A stretch of DNA of 64,000 nt. Origin: an uncultured Gemmatimonadales bacterium. GTDB lineage: Bacteria; Gemmatimonadota; Gemmatimonadetes; Gemmatimonadales; GWC2-71-9. Position 1 is the first letter of the stretch; every line of letters starts with the position of its first letter. A model generated the notes under the pieces. That model was not told the DNA's origin, ran no database searches, and saw nothing but the letters and a program-made list of their open reading frames with translations. Where the stretch lies: positions 768,001-832,000 of the forward strand of contig CAVUAK010000001.1 in the NCBI GenBank assembly GCA_963739455.1, in the 5' to 3' direction. A program made the position numbers and the translations under genes. Shown here piece by piece: positions 22,121 through 31,714 of this stretch.

Positions 22121-24229
22121 TCACGATACTCCGGCACCTTCAGCGGTCCACGTGTTGTTCTCCCGGTTCACGTCAGCAAAGACTTCGTTCGGGTCCACCA
22201 CAACCTTGGTCACCACCTTGTCGGTGAAGAACCCGTATTGGTGCTTGAGCTCGTTCTGGCGCCAGGCATCGGCCGGTATCTTCACGAACTCGGTGGTGCC
22301 GTCGGAATATGTGACGTTCATCTGCACCGGCAGCAGGATGCCACCCTTGTTCTCGATGGTGATCCGCACGTAGTTCTTGCCGCGCGCCGTCGTGCCGATC
22401 AGTGAATCGGCCGACTGCTCCTCCACCGACGTCACCGCCTGGTCGTTGGCATAGGTGGTGAAGAACCAGCCACGCCAGAAATAGTTGAGCTGCTCGCCGC
22501 CGCCCTCCTCCAGCGAGCGGAAGAAGTCCGCCGGCTGCGGCTGCTTGAACGCCCACTTGGTGGAGTATTCGCGAAACGCCTGGTCGAACAGCTCCGGGCC
22601 CATGATCTGTTCCCGCAGCATCACGAGGCCTGCCGCCGGCTTGCCGTACCCGTTGTTGCCGAACGCGCGGTGGATCTCCTCCGACTCGGTCATGATCGGT
22701 ACCTGGTCGGGGTCCTGCATGTACTTCACGATGTTCTTGGCGGGGCCGCGATTGCTCGGATAGCCCTTCTCCCAGTCCTGCTCCGCGTAGTACTGCAGGA
22801 AGCTGTTCAGGCCCTCGTCCATCCAGGTCCACTTCCGCTCATCGGACGCCACGATCATCGGGAACCAGTTGTGTCCCACCTCGTGAATCGTCACCGAGAT
22901 CAGGGCATGCTCCACCTGCGGGGTGTATGAGCCGTCAGGCTGCGGGCGCGCGCCGCAGAAGGCGATCATCGGGTATTCCATGCCGAACACCGGGCCATGG
23001 ATGTTTGACGCCTTCGGGTACGGGTACGGGAACGCCATGCGCCCGTAGCTCTTCATCGTCTGGATGATGGCCTTGGTCGATACCTTGTCCCAGAGCGGCA
23101 TCGCGTCGCGCGGGTAGAGTGAGTGCATCTCGATCGGCTTTTGCTCCGGCTTGTACTTGAAGCCGGCGGCGTCCCACACGAACGTCTTCGACGACGCCCA
23201 GGCGAAGTCGCGGACGTTCTCCGCCCGGAAGTGCCAGGTGAGCGGCGCCGTGCCCGCGGGGCGTGAGCCGGGCGTCATCACCTCATCCGCATTGATGATG
23301 AACTTCGGCGTCTCCGAGGTGAATGCCTCCGCCAGGCGGGAGCGCTGTGTTGACGTGAGCACTTCAGTGGGGTTCACGATCACGCCGGTGCCTTGCACGA
23401 TATGGTCGTGCGGCACCGTCAGGCTCACGTCGTAGTTGCCGAAGTTGAGGTAGAACTCGCCCTGGCCCAGGAACTGGTCGGTCTGCCAGCCGTTCACGTC
23501 GTCGTACACCGATGCGCGCGGATACCACTGCGCCATCTCGTAGAGCCATCCGTCCTTCACCAGCTCCCGCACGCCGCGCCCGTTACGACTGTTCTCGGGT
23601 ACGGCGTACGACCAGTCGATCTCCAGCACCGCCGACGCACCCGATGCGAGTGGCGTGGGCAGCGGAATCTTCACCAGGGTTCCGTTGATCACGTAGGGCA
23701 CATCGACCAGTTGCGCCTTCCCCCTGGCGCTCGCCGGCACCTGTACCTGCACCCGCCCGAGACGGTATCCGCCATCGAACGGCTCGGGCAGCAGGAACTT
23801 GCGTGCTTGCGGGCTGATCTTCGCCGGCAGCGCCGACTCGGACGCGATCGTGCGGCTCACCTTGGGATCGTCGATGTTCTGGTCCAGCTGGAACCAGAGG
23901 TACGGCAGCGCGTCGGGCGAGTTGTTGTGATAGGTGACGCGCTCGACGCCGGTGAGCCGGTGTGCCGCTGTATCCAGTGAGGCGCGGATGCTGTAGTCCA
24001 CGCGCTGTTGCCAGTACCGGGGCCCTGGCGATCCGCTTGCCGTACGCACGTCGTTGGGATCGGGCCACTCCTCGATGGCGCGGAAGTTGGACTGGTTGGT
24101 CTTCGGGTTGGGGCCGGCGTTGAGCCACTGCTGCGCCGCGGCGGGCCGGGCACCAACTGAGACGAGGAGCACCAGTCCGGCGACGGCGCGGACAGGACAA
24201 AGGCGAGGTACCATCAGCATGCGGGACAT
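22121..24229 (-). CDS. M1 family metallopeptidase, secreted
   Basis: GMEYP, HEVGHNWF...WMDEG zinc motif; YWQQRVDY N-terminus. Confidence 0.93.
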   Translation of the reverse strand: MSRMLMVPRLCPVRAVAGLVLLVSVGARPAAAQQWLNAGPNPKTNQSNFRAIEEWPDPNDVRTASGSPGPRYWQQRVDYSIRASLDTAAHRLTGVERVTYHNNSPDALPYLWFQLDQNIDDPKVSRTIASESALPAKISPQARKFLLPEPFDGGYRLGRVQVQVPASARGKAQLVDVPYVINGTLVKIPLPTPLASGASAVLEIDWSYAVPENSRNGRGVRELVKDGWLYEMAQWYPRASVYDDVNGWQTDQFLGQGEFYLNFGNYDVSLTVPHDHIVQGTGVIVNPTEVLTSTQRSRLAEAFTSETPKFIINADEVMTPGSRPAGTAPLTWHFRAENVRDFAWASSKTFVWDAAGFKYKPEQKPIEMHSLYPRDAMPLWDKVSTKAIIQTMKSYGRMAFPYPYPKASNIHGPVFGMEYPMIAFCGARPQPDGSYTPQVEHALISVTIHEVGHNWFPMIVASDERKWTWMDEGLNSFLQYYAEQDWEKGYPSNRGPAKNIVKYMQDPDQVPIMTESEEIHRAFGNNGYGKPAAGLVMLREQIMGPELFDQAFREYSTKWAFKQPQPADFFRSLEEGGGEQLNYFWRGWFFTTYANDQAVTSVEEQSADSLIGTTARGKNYVRITIENKGGILLPVQMNVTYSDGTTEFVKIPADAWRQNELKHQYGFFTDKVVTKVVVDPNEVFADVNRENNTWTAEGAGVS

Positions 24230-24233
24230 CCGT

Positions 24234-24836
24234 TCAGGAGACAGGGTTCAGTCGATCAATGATCATGGTCATGGCGACGGCCATCGTGCCACCGCAGAGA
24301 ATCAGCACCCACTCGCGACGCGTGAGACGGAGCACCCGCACCGCGAGCACGCCAAGCAGCATCACGATGGCGACGATGAACAGCTGCCCCACCTCGAGGC
24401 CGACGTTGAAGGCAAGCAATGGTTTCACGATCGATTCCTCACCGCCCAGCAGGCTCCGGAGGAAGGTGGAGAATCCCAGCCCGTGAATCAGCCCGAACGC
24501 GGCCGCGAGAAGGTACTGCGGTAGCTGTGATCCTGTGGGACCGCCGTCCTCAGTGTCCCCCTTCGACAGCACGATCGCGGCAATGCTCGTAAGCACGATG
24601 GTGACGGGGATCAGCACCTCGACCAGCTGCGAGTTCACCCGGACCAGGTCGAGCGTGGCCAGCGCCAGCGTCACCGAGTGACCCAGGGTGAATGCCGTCA
24701 CCAGCCAGATCAGCCGGCGCCACGCCACCGGCGGGTACGCCGCCGTCAGCGCTGCCACGAACAGGATGTGGTCGTACGCCCGCGGATCGGCGATATGGCC
24801 AAAACCGAGGCGGAGATACACCAGGAATTCGGACAG
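24234..24836 (-). CDS. HupE/UreJ family protein
   Basis: GFGHI...DHILF, TAFTLGHSVTL, FGLIHGLGF, FNVGLEVGQ; AAGGAGGAG SD precedes CTG at 24836 (alternative GTG 24821). Confidence 0.9.
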   Translation of the reverse strand: MSEFLVYLRLGFGHIADPRAYDHILFVAALTAAYPPVAWRRLIWLVTAFTLGHSVTLALATLDLVRVNSQLVEVLIPVTIVLTSIAAIVLSKGDTEDGGPTGSQLPQYLLAAAFGLIHGLGFSTFLRSLLGGEESIVKPLLAFNVGLEVGQLFIVAIVMLLGVLAVRVLRLTRREWVLILCGGTMAVAMTMIIDRLNPVS

Positions 24837-24887
24837 GGGGACTCCTCCTTGCCGTAGTACGCCCCTCGGACCGGGGTGGTTTCGGGT

Positions 24888-26981
24888 TCACAGAATGCCC
24901 CACAGGAACCGCCCGGCGTCCACCCCGAACCGCCACCCGCCCTCCTTGAATCCATACGCGACGTCGAACCGCAGGACGTCGAACAGCATCAGGAACCCGA
25001 TGCCCAGCGACGGATAGCACCCGTTCTCCGCCGACCCCCCATTCTCGGCCACCCGCTCCGCAACGCAGATCACCGTGCCGTACGGTGCCAGCGTCGCCTG
25101 CGCCGGGCTCTTCCCATACTTGAGCAGCGGCAACGCGAAGAACGGGACCGGAATCCGGACCTCCACACGCTGCGAGATCCCGTACTGCGCAGCAAACGCA
25201 TGAAACGCGTTGCCCGGACCGGTCACCATGCCGCCCAATCGCACCAGTTCCTGGCTCGGCACGGAGCCGCCGCCAACCGCGCCGGCGTGGGTCTCGAGAT
25301 GCAGCAGTGGCGATCCGATCGGACGATCGTACACCAGCGCCCCCGCCACGCGGGCAACCAGCGCGTTGGGCGAGCCGTCGCGCGGATCAACGCCCTCGAG
25401 GCGCCCGTTCACGCTCCAGCCCATCGTGCTCCCCGAGGTCCCGATGGCGGTGCGCTGCCTTGTCAGCGTCACGTCGAGCCGGATGGCGTCGAGTGGCACC
25501 GCCGGGATCGTTGGACCGTACGTTCCGCTCCATGGCGTCGCATTGACGCTCAGGCTGTCCTGTCGCTCGACCGCAAGACGCCCATCCCAGGTGTACAGGC
25601 CGCCCGGCTCGAAGCGCACACCGATCCCCGCCGCGTACACGTCATACGGACCGGTGTCATCCTGGCCGAAGAGCTGCGCCGCAATCGTGTTCCGTACACC
25701 AGAGACCTCGGCCACATCCCCTGCCAGCCGATACTCACGCCCACCGAACGCCGAGAGCCGCCACATGGGCTTCGCCCGCCACGATAACTCCAGCCCACCC
25801 TTCACTTGCTCGTCACTGAACCCATACGCCACGCGCGCACCAAGTCGCCATCCGCGCATCAACCCCACACTCCCGCCGAGCCCGATACCGACGCCTTCTA
25901 CACGATTGACCCTGAAGAAGTCGGAGATGCCCTGCCCGCCAATCGACGCACCCTGCGCCCGCTCGAGCACCTGCTGCTGCACCAGCCCCTCGGCCTGGCG
26001 CGTCACCGATTGTATCTCGGCAGTCGATAGCGCCTGATCGGCCGGGGCCAGCGCCGCCATGATCGGTTCCTGCCACTGGTACTTGTCGCGCTCCTCCTTC
26101 GGAGCGACGACGATGCGATTCGACGGATTGGACACGATAGTGCGGCCGGTGACGGCGAGCGGCGGCGGTGACGTCGCGCTGTCCGCATACGCAACATGAT
26201 CGGTGACCAGCCAGCGCGCGCGCACGATGCCCTTGATCGGGAAGTCGAACCAGGTGCTGCCGCGCACCACTTCGAGTTCCTGGCGATATGGGAGCCAGTA
26301 TCGCCCGTCGACGAGCAGGTTCTCCAGCACGAGGGTCAGGCTTTCGATCCTCGCATCGAGAATCGCGGCTCGGGTGAAGGTGACCGATAGCCGTACCAGG
26401 TCGCCCGTCGCCCGGTCGAGGTACATGCTGCCGACCATGCCGGGGTCCTCGGGATTGCGCGGCCGAAGCAGAAGCTCGTACGCCTCCACCCGGCGGCCCG
26501 GAACGGCGATCGATAGCGAATCGGCAATGGCAAATTCGTAGCCCGCCCGCCCTGCCGCTGAGAGCGGATGCGGCAGGTCGCGCACATCGTTGCCGTCACC
26601 CAGCCGGATGCGATCACCGAGGTTGTTGGTGACCACGCCATACCGATCATTGTAGAAGCCGACATCTCCCGGCAGCAGCATCGTGTCGCGCCGGCCGATG
26701 AGCCGCTGCTGGGTGACGCCCGGCGCCTGCCAGCGTATCAGCGACGCCAGCTCCACCAGCTTCACTACCCGCGGCGGCAGCACGGTGGAATTGCCCAGGT
26801 CCACAAGGAACTGCAGCGTCCCCGCGCCGTTCCCGGTCCAGGCGCGAAGCGTCGAGTCCACATGGGCCCGCCGTGCCACGGCGCGATCCACCATGGCGTT
26901 GGCAGCCGGGCTGTCCCACGCCTGGGCGCTCAACGGCCGGCTCGACGCCATGAGAATCGCCGTCAGCACGAACACCGACAT
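24888..26981 (-). CDS. Large secreted/outer membrane protein with C-terminal beta-barrel-like region
   Basis: Signal peptide (LSAQA), RVNRVEG.G.G and LRFDVAYG barrel-like strands; start uncertain. Confidence 0.65.
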   Translation of the reverse strand: MSVFVLTAILMASSRPLSAQAWDSPAANAMVDRAVARRAHVDSTLRAWTGNGAGTLQFLVDLGNSTVLPPRVVKLVELASLIRWQAPGVTQQRLIGRRDTMLLPGDVGFYNDRYGVVTNNLGDRIRLGDGNDVRDLPHPLSAAGRAGYEFAIADSLSIAVPGRRVEAYELLLRPRNPEDPGMVGSMYLDRATGDLVRLSVTFTRAAILDARIESLTLVLENLLVDGRYWLPYRQELEVVRGSTWFDFPIKGIVRARWLVTDHVAYADSATSPPPLAVTGRTIVSNPSNRIVVAPKEERDKYQWQEPIMAALAPADQALSTAEIQSVTRQAEGLVQQQVLERAQGASIGGQGISDFFRVNRVEGVGIGLGGSVGLMRGWRLGARVAYGFSDEQVKGGLELSWRAKPMWRLSAFGGREYRLAGDVAEVSGVRNTIAAQLFGQDDTGPYDVYAAGIGVRFEPGGLYTWDGRLAVERQDSLSVNATPWSGTYGPTIPAVPLDAIRLDVTLTRQRTAIGTSGSTMGWSVNGRLEGVDPRDGSPNALVARVAGALVYDRPIGSPLLHLETHAGAVGGGSVPSQELVRLGGMVTGPGNAFHAFAAQYGISQRVEVRIPVPFFALPLLKYGKSPAQATLAPYGTVICVAERVAENGGSAENGCYPSLGIGFLMLFDVLRFDVAYGFKEGGWRFGVDAGRFLWGIL

Positions 26982-27073
26982 CCGGAGAAATACGGATTGC
27001 CGGATGACCGCCCGGGGGTATCCTTCTCGTCCCTTGGTCAGATGTCTCAACCTCAAGCTGCTACGGGATTTAC

Positions 27074-28190
27074 GTGTTCAATTCCATCTGGTCGCCGACT
27101 CGTGCAGCACTCGCCACGTCCGCCACGGCACTGCTCCTCATGGCCTGCGGCGGCAAGTCGTCCGAAGGCGCTGCCGCGCCCAAGCCGGCCGCGACCTCGG
27201 CTGCATCGACCACGTTCTGGAAGCCCGACTCCGGTGAGCGTCACCTGCGGAACATCCGCCAGCTGACCTTCGGCGGCAACAATGCCGAGTCGTATTTCTC
27301 GCGCGACAGCAAGCAGCTGATCTTCCAGCGTCAGGAAAAGGTCGACGCCGGCTGCGACCAGCAGTATCTCATGAATGCCGACGGCTCCAACATGCGCCGC
27401 GTGTCGAACGGCGACGGCCGCACCACCTGCGGCTTCTTCTACGACGGCGACAAGCGCATCCTGTACAGCAGCACCTTCAAGCACGACAAGGCCTGCCCCA
27501 TTCCGCCGGACAAGTCACAGGGCTACGTCTGGCCGATCGGCTATCTCGAGATCTACACCTCGAAGCTCGATGGTTCGGACCTGAAGCCAGCTGACGAACA
27601 ATGGCACCTACAACGCCGAAACGACGGTCTCGGCGGACGGGAAGAGGCTGATCTTCACCAGCACGATGCACGGGGACATCGACCTCTACACGATGAACCC
27701 CGACGGCAGCGACCTGAAGCAGATCACCACCCGCATCGGTTACGACGGTGGCGCCTGGTTCTCGCCCGACGGCAAGAGCATCGTGTGGCGCGCGGCATAT
27801 CCCAAGACCGCCGCCGACACCGCGGACTACGAGAAGCTCCTCAAGGATCATCTCGTGCGTCCGTCGCGCACCGAGGTGTGGATCGCCAACGCCGACGGCA
27901 CCAACCCGCGCCAGATCACCAATCTCGGCGGCGCCAATTTCGCCCCGGTGTTCACGCCCGACGGCAAGAAGATCATCTTCTCGTCCAACTACAAGAACCC
28001 CCGCAGCGGCGCGTTCGACCTCTACCTGATCAATGTTGACGGCACCGGACTCGAGGCGGTCACCACCAACCCCGAGTTCGATTCCTTCCCCATGTTCAGC
28101 TACGACTACAAGCACCTGGTCTGGGCCTCGAACCGGCATGGCAAGCAGCCGGGGGAGACGGACTTGTTCATTGCGGAGTGGGTCGAGTAG
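27074..28190 (+). CDS. TolB-like PD40 beta-propeller lipoprotein (apparent frameshift near 27588)
   Basis: LMAC lipobox; RQLTFGGNNAESYFS, FSPDGK/FTPDGK repeats. Confidence 0.88.
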
Positions 28191-28199
28191 CCTTCGGGC

Positions 28200-28424
28200 A
28201 TGCCGACCTACACCTACGAGACCCTCTCCCCCGCCCCGCGCCGGTTCGACGTGCGCCAGTCGTTCAGCGACCCGCCGCTCGAGCAGGATCCCGAGACCGG
28301 CGAGCCGGTACGCCGGGTGATCAGCGGCGGCGCAGCGCTCCTCACCTCGAAGGAGAGCAGCAAGGTGGGTGAGCCGCCGGTGTCGGGTGGAGGATGCGGC
28401 AGCAGCTGCGGCTGTGGACACTGA
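28200..28424 (+). CDS. FmdB-like zinc-ribbon family small protein (Cys-less ribbon, Cys-rich tail)
   Basis: MPTYTY...QSFSDPPL..DPETGEPVRRVIS; tail CGSSCGCGH. Confidence 0.75.
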   Translation: MPTYTYETLSPAPRRFDVRQSFSDPPLEQDPETGEPVRRVISGGAALLTSKESSKVGEPPVSGGGCGSSCGCGH

Positions 28425-28446
28425 GCCCACGCCGCTCCGGCGACTG

Positions 28447-29043
28447 GTGCCTCCGAGGGCGCTCCTGGCGAGCGCCCTTCTTTTTGCCCTCGCGTGCGCG
28501 CTCGACAGCTGGGCGTATCAGCACCTCCACGTGGACGACGTCTACGGCAAGGACTGGGGACGACTGCTCCGGATCGCCGGCTTCGTCCCCACCTGGATGC
28601 TCGGATCGCTCGCCCTCATCCTGCACGATCGCGGACCGGCGTCCCCGGCGCCACGCCGTTTCTGGTGGCGCGGGATGCTCCTCACCCTCGCACCGATCGT
28701 CTCCGGCCTCATCTGCGAGGTGCTCAAGATCCTGCTCCGCCGCGAGCGACCCAACCTCCATGAGGGCGCCTACTACTGGCGCAGCTTCACCGATCATCCC
28801 TGGAGCACGGGGAACATCGGGCTGCCGAGCAGCCATACCATGGTGGCGTTCGCCGGCGCTGGCATGGCGAGCTATCTCTTTCCGCGTACCTGGCCGGCGT
28901 GGATACTGCTCGCCGCCGGCTGCGCTTTCACGCGCGTTGCGGCGCAGGCACATTTTCTGAGTGACGTCACGCTGGCAGGGATTGCGGGGCTCTTCGTCGC
29001 GCGACTGATTTGGACCTTCCTCCGACCGACCCTCGAGAGGTAA
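28447..29043 (+). CDS. PAP2 family phosphatase
   Basis: KILLRRERP, LPSSH, TRVAAQAHFLSDV; start uncertain. Confidence 0.85.
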   Translation: MPPRALLASALLFALACALDSWAYQHLHVDDVYGKDWGRLLRIAGFVPTWMLGSLALILHDRGPASPAPRRFWWRGMLLTLAPIVSGLICEVLKILLRRERPNLHEGAYYWRSFTDHPWSTGNIGLPSSHTMVAFAGAGMASYLFPRTWPAWILLAAGCAFTRVAAQAHFLSDVTLAGIAGLFVARLIWTFLRPTLER

Positions 29044-29050
29044 CACCGCA

Positions 29051-31163
29051 ATGCAGTTCCGTTCGCCGTTCGCGCTCGTCGCGCTCATGCTCGCCCTTGC
29101 CGCACCATCCCCGGCCCAGCAGGCCCCCGCGAGCCGCGAGTACCCCGGCCTCGAAACCGGCAAGATGTGGCAGTTCGACGTCCCGCCACTCGACTACTGG
29201 AACAAGCGCTTCGGCTTCACGCCCCCCGCCGGCTGGCTCGATCACGCCCGGCTCTCCGCACTGCGCTATGCCGGCAACTGCTCTGCCTCCTTCGTGTCGG
29301 GCCAGGGCCTGGTGATGACCAATCACCACTGCGCCCGCGAGTGCATCGAGAGTGTCAACCAGGAAGGCGAGGACCTGCTCGGCAACGGCTTCGTCGCCGC
29401 GAGCATGGCCGATGAACGGAAGTGCAAGACCGTCTATCTCGACCAGCTGCAGGAGATCACGGACGTCACGTCTCGTGTGCAGGACGCCATCGGCAAGGCT
29501 GCTCCCACCGAGGCGTCCCGGCTCAAGGCCGTGACGATCGGCGAGATCGAGCAGGCCTGCGTCGCCGCCAACACCGACGCCTTCTGCCAGGTCGTCACCC
29601 TCTATCGCGGCGGCCAGTACAAGCTCTACCGCTTCCGCCGCTACACCGATGTACGCCTGGTCATGGCGCCCGAGAGCCAGATGGCCTTCTTCGGCGGCGA
29701 CCCCGACAATTTCACCTACCCGCGCTACGATCTCGACATGTCGTTCGTGCGCGCCTACGTCGACGGCAAGCCCGCTGCAACCGACAGAGCACTTCGCCTG
29801 GAGCAAGGCCGGCGCGAAGGAAGACGACCTCATCTTCGTCATCGGCAATCCCGGCTCCACCGGCCGGCTCAACACGATGTCCCAGCTCAAGTACCTGCGC
29901 GACGTCTCCTATCCCGGCCAGATGAACACGCTCGACCGCCGCATCGCCATCACCGAGCAGCTCTCCACCATCACGGACGAGCGCGCCAAGGCCCTCCGCA
30001 ACCAGCTCTTCAGCCTGCAGAACTCGCGCAAGGCGATCGGTGGCTACCAGGCCGGCTTGCTCGACCCGAAGCTGATGGCGCAGAAGGCTGCCTGGGAGGC
30101 CGACTTCCGGAAGCGCGTCGCGGCGAACCCCGAGTACCAGCTCAAGTACGGCAAGGCCTGGGGCGAGATCGCGCTCGTGCAGCAGGAGCTGCGCGCCACC
30201 GCTGCCAAGCGGCGGCTCTACACCTTCAACGCCGACCTGAGCCGCCTCCTGCCAACCGCAGGAATGTTCGTGCGCTACAACGACGAGATGGCGAATCCCG
30301 GACTCGTTGCGCCTTCCGCTCTATCGCGACAGCAACCGCAAGGCGCTCGAGATCGCCATGGTGGCAGGGGCGCCGATCGACACTATCGCCGAACGGCTCT
30401 GGCTCACCGCCTGGTTCGGTGCGCTGGAAAGGGAACTGCCGCCCACCGACCCGATCCGCCGCGCGGCACTCGGTGGCGGACGCCTGCCGCCGCCGCCGAG
30501 TACATGCTGGCGAACACGATACTGATAGCGCCCGAACGGCGTCTCACCCTCTTCCAGAGTGGCGAAACCGGCATCGCGGCGTCGAAGGACCCGTTCATCG
30601 TCCTCGCGCGCGTCATCGACCCGCTCGATCGCAGCATCACGAAGCAGGTGCAGGCGCTCGCCAGCCGGGAGAGCGCGGCCACTGAACTTGTCGCGAAGGC
30701 CCTCCTCGCCACCTACGGCAACAGCGTGGCACCCGATGCCACCTTCTCGCTGCGCATCAGCGACGGCCAGCCGAAGCGCTACCCGATGAACGGCACCTTC
30801 GCGCCACCGTTCACCACCTTCTACGGGCTCTACGACCGGAGCATCGGCTTCGCGTCCGCCGGCCCCTGGGTCCTTCCGCAGCGCTGGCAGGACCGTAAGG
30901 ACTCGCTGGCGCTGGCCACGCCGTTCAACGTGGCGTCCACCAACGACATCATCGGTGGAAATTCCGGCAGCCCGGTCATCAACAAGGATGCCGAAGTGGT
31001 GGGGCTCATCTTCGACGGCAACATCGAGGGACTGCCGAACCGGTTCCTCTTCACCGAGTACCAGGCGCGTGCCGTCTACCTCGATTCACGCGGTATCGTC
31101 GAGGCTCTGCGCAGCATCTACGGCGCGCGCTGGATCGCCGATGAACTCACTGGCGCCAACTGA
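29051..31163 (+). CDS. S46 family dipeptidyl peptidase (three apparent frameshifts)
   Basis: CSASFVS...MTNHHC, FGGDPDNF.YPR, PDATFSLR, DIIGGNSGSP, FDGN; indels near 29787, 30295 and 30478. Confidence 0.9.
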
Positions 31164-31170
31164 TGACTTT

Positions 31171-31214
31171 CTGACGACTGACGACTGCCGACTGACGACT
31201 GCCGACTGCCGACT
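31171..31214 (+). repeat. Six tandem CTG(A/C)CGA heptamers in the intergenic gap
   Basis: CTGACGA CTGACGA CTGCCGA CTGACGA CTGCCGA CTGCCGA. Confidence 0.9.
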
Positions 31215-31215
31215 C

Positions 31216-31704
31216 ATGGTTCCTATGCGCCTTCTCCTGACCCTCGCCGCACTCCTCGCGCCCACCGCTATTTCCGCGCAGGACTCCGCCGGCCTGCCCA
31301 TGCCCCAGATCACTCACGTCGATCCCGCAATCGAGCAACAGATCGTCGCCATCCGCGATACTGCCTGGCGCGCCTACTTCGCCAATGACCAGGTCACCAT
31401 GGGGCGGATCTTCCCCGCAAACTTCATCTCCATCGGCTGGAGCGGCGGACCCTGGCTCGACCGCGCCGGCACCCTCGCCGACGCCGCGAGCTTCGCCTCG
31501 CACGGCGGCAGCCTCGTGGCACTCGAGTTCCCCCACACCGAGATCCAGCTCTTCGAGGACGTGGCGGTGGTCTACAGCATGTATGTGGTGGAGTTCAACT
31601 ACGACGGCATTACGTCGCGTCAGTCGGGGCGGGCTACGGAAGTCTTCCAGAAGAAGGATGGGCACTGGGTGCACCCATCCTGGCACCTCGATTCAGGTAA
31701 GTAG
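31216..31704 (+). CDS. Secreted NTF2-like/DUF4440 protein
   Basis: Signal peptide; WRAYFAND, GRATEVF...W.HPSWHLDS. Confidence 0.8.
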   Translation: MVPMRLLLTLAALLAPTAISAQDSAGLPMPQITHVDPAIEQQIVAIRDTAWRAYFANDQVTMGRIFPANFISIGWSGGPWLDRAGTLADAASFASHGGSLVALEFPHTEIQLFEDVAVVYSMYVVEFNYDGITSRQSGRATEVFQKKDGHWVHPSWHLDSGK

Positions 31705-31714
31705 CGCCCGCGCG

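Noticed and set aside
29051..31163. Pseudogenes or programmed frameshifting in the split genes
   Set aside because: Indels are scattered through unrelated genes, with no consistent slippery motif and intact catalytic residues.
31171..31214. Tandem repeats as a CRISPR array
   Set aside because: Units are 7-9 nt with no unique spacers, and no cas genes are in the window.
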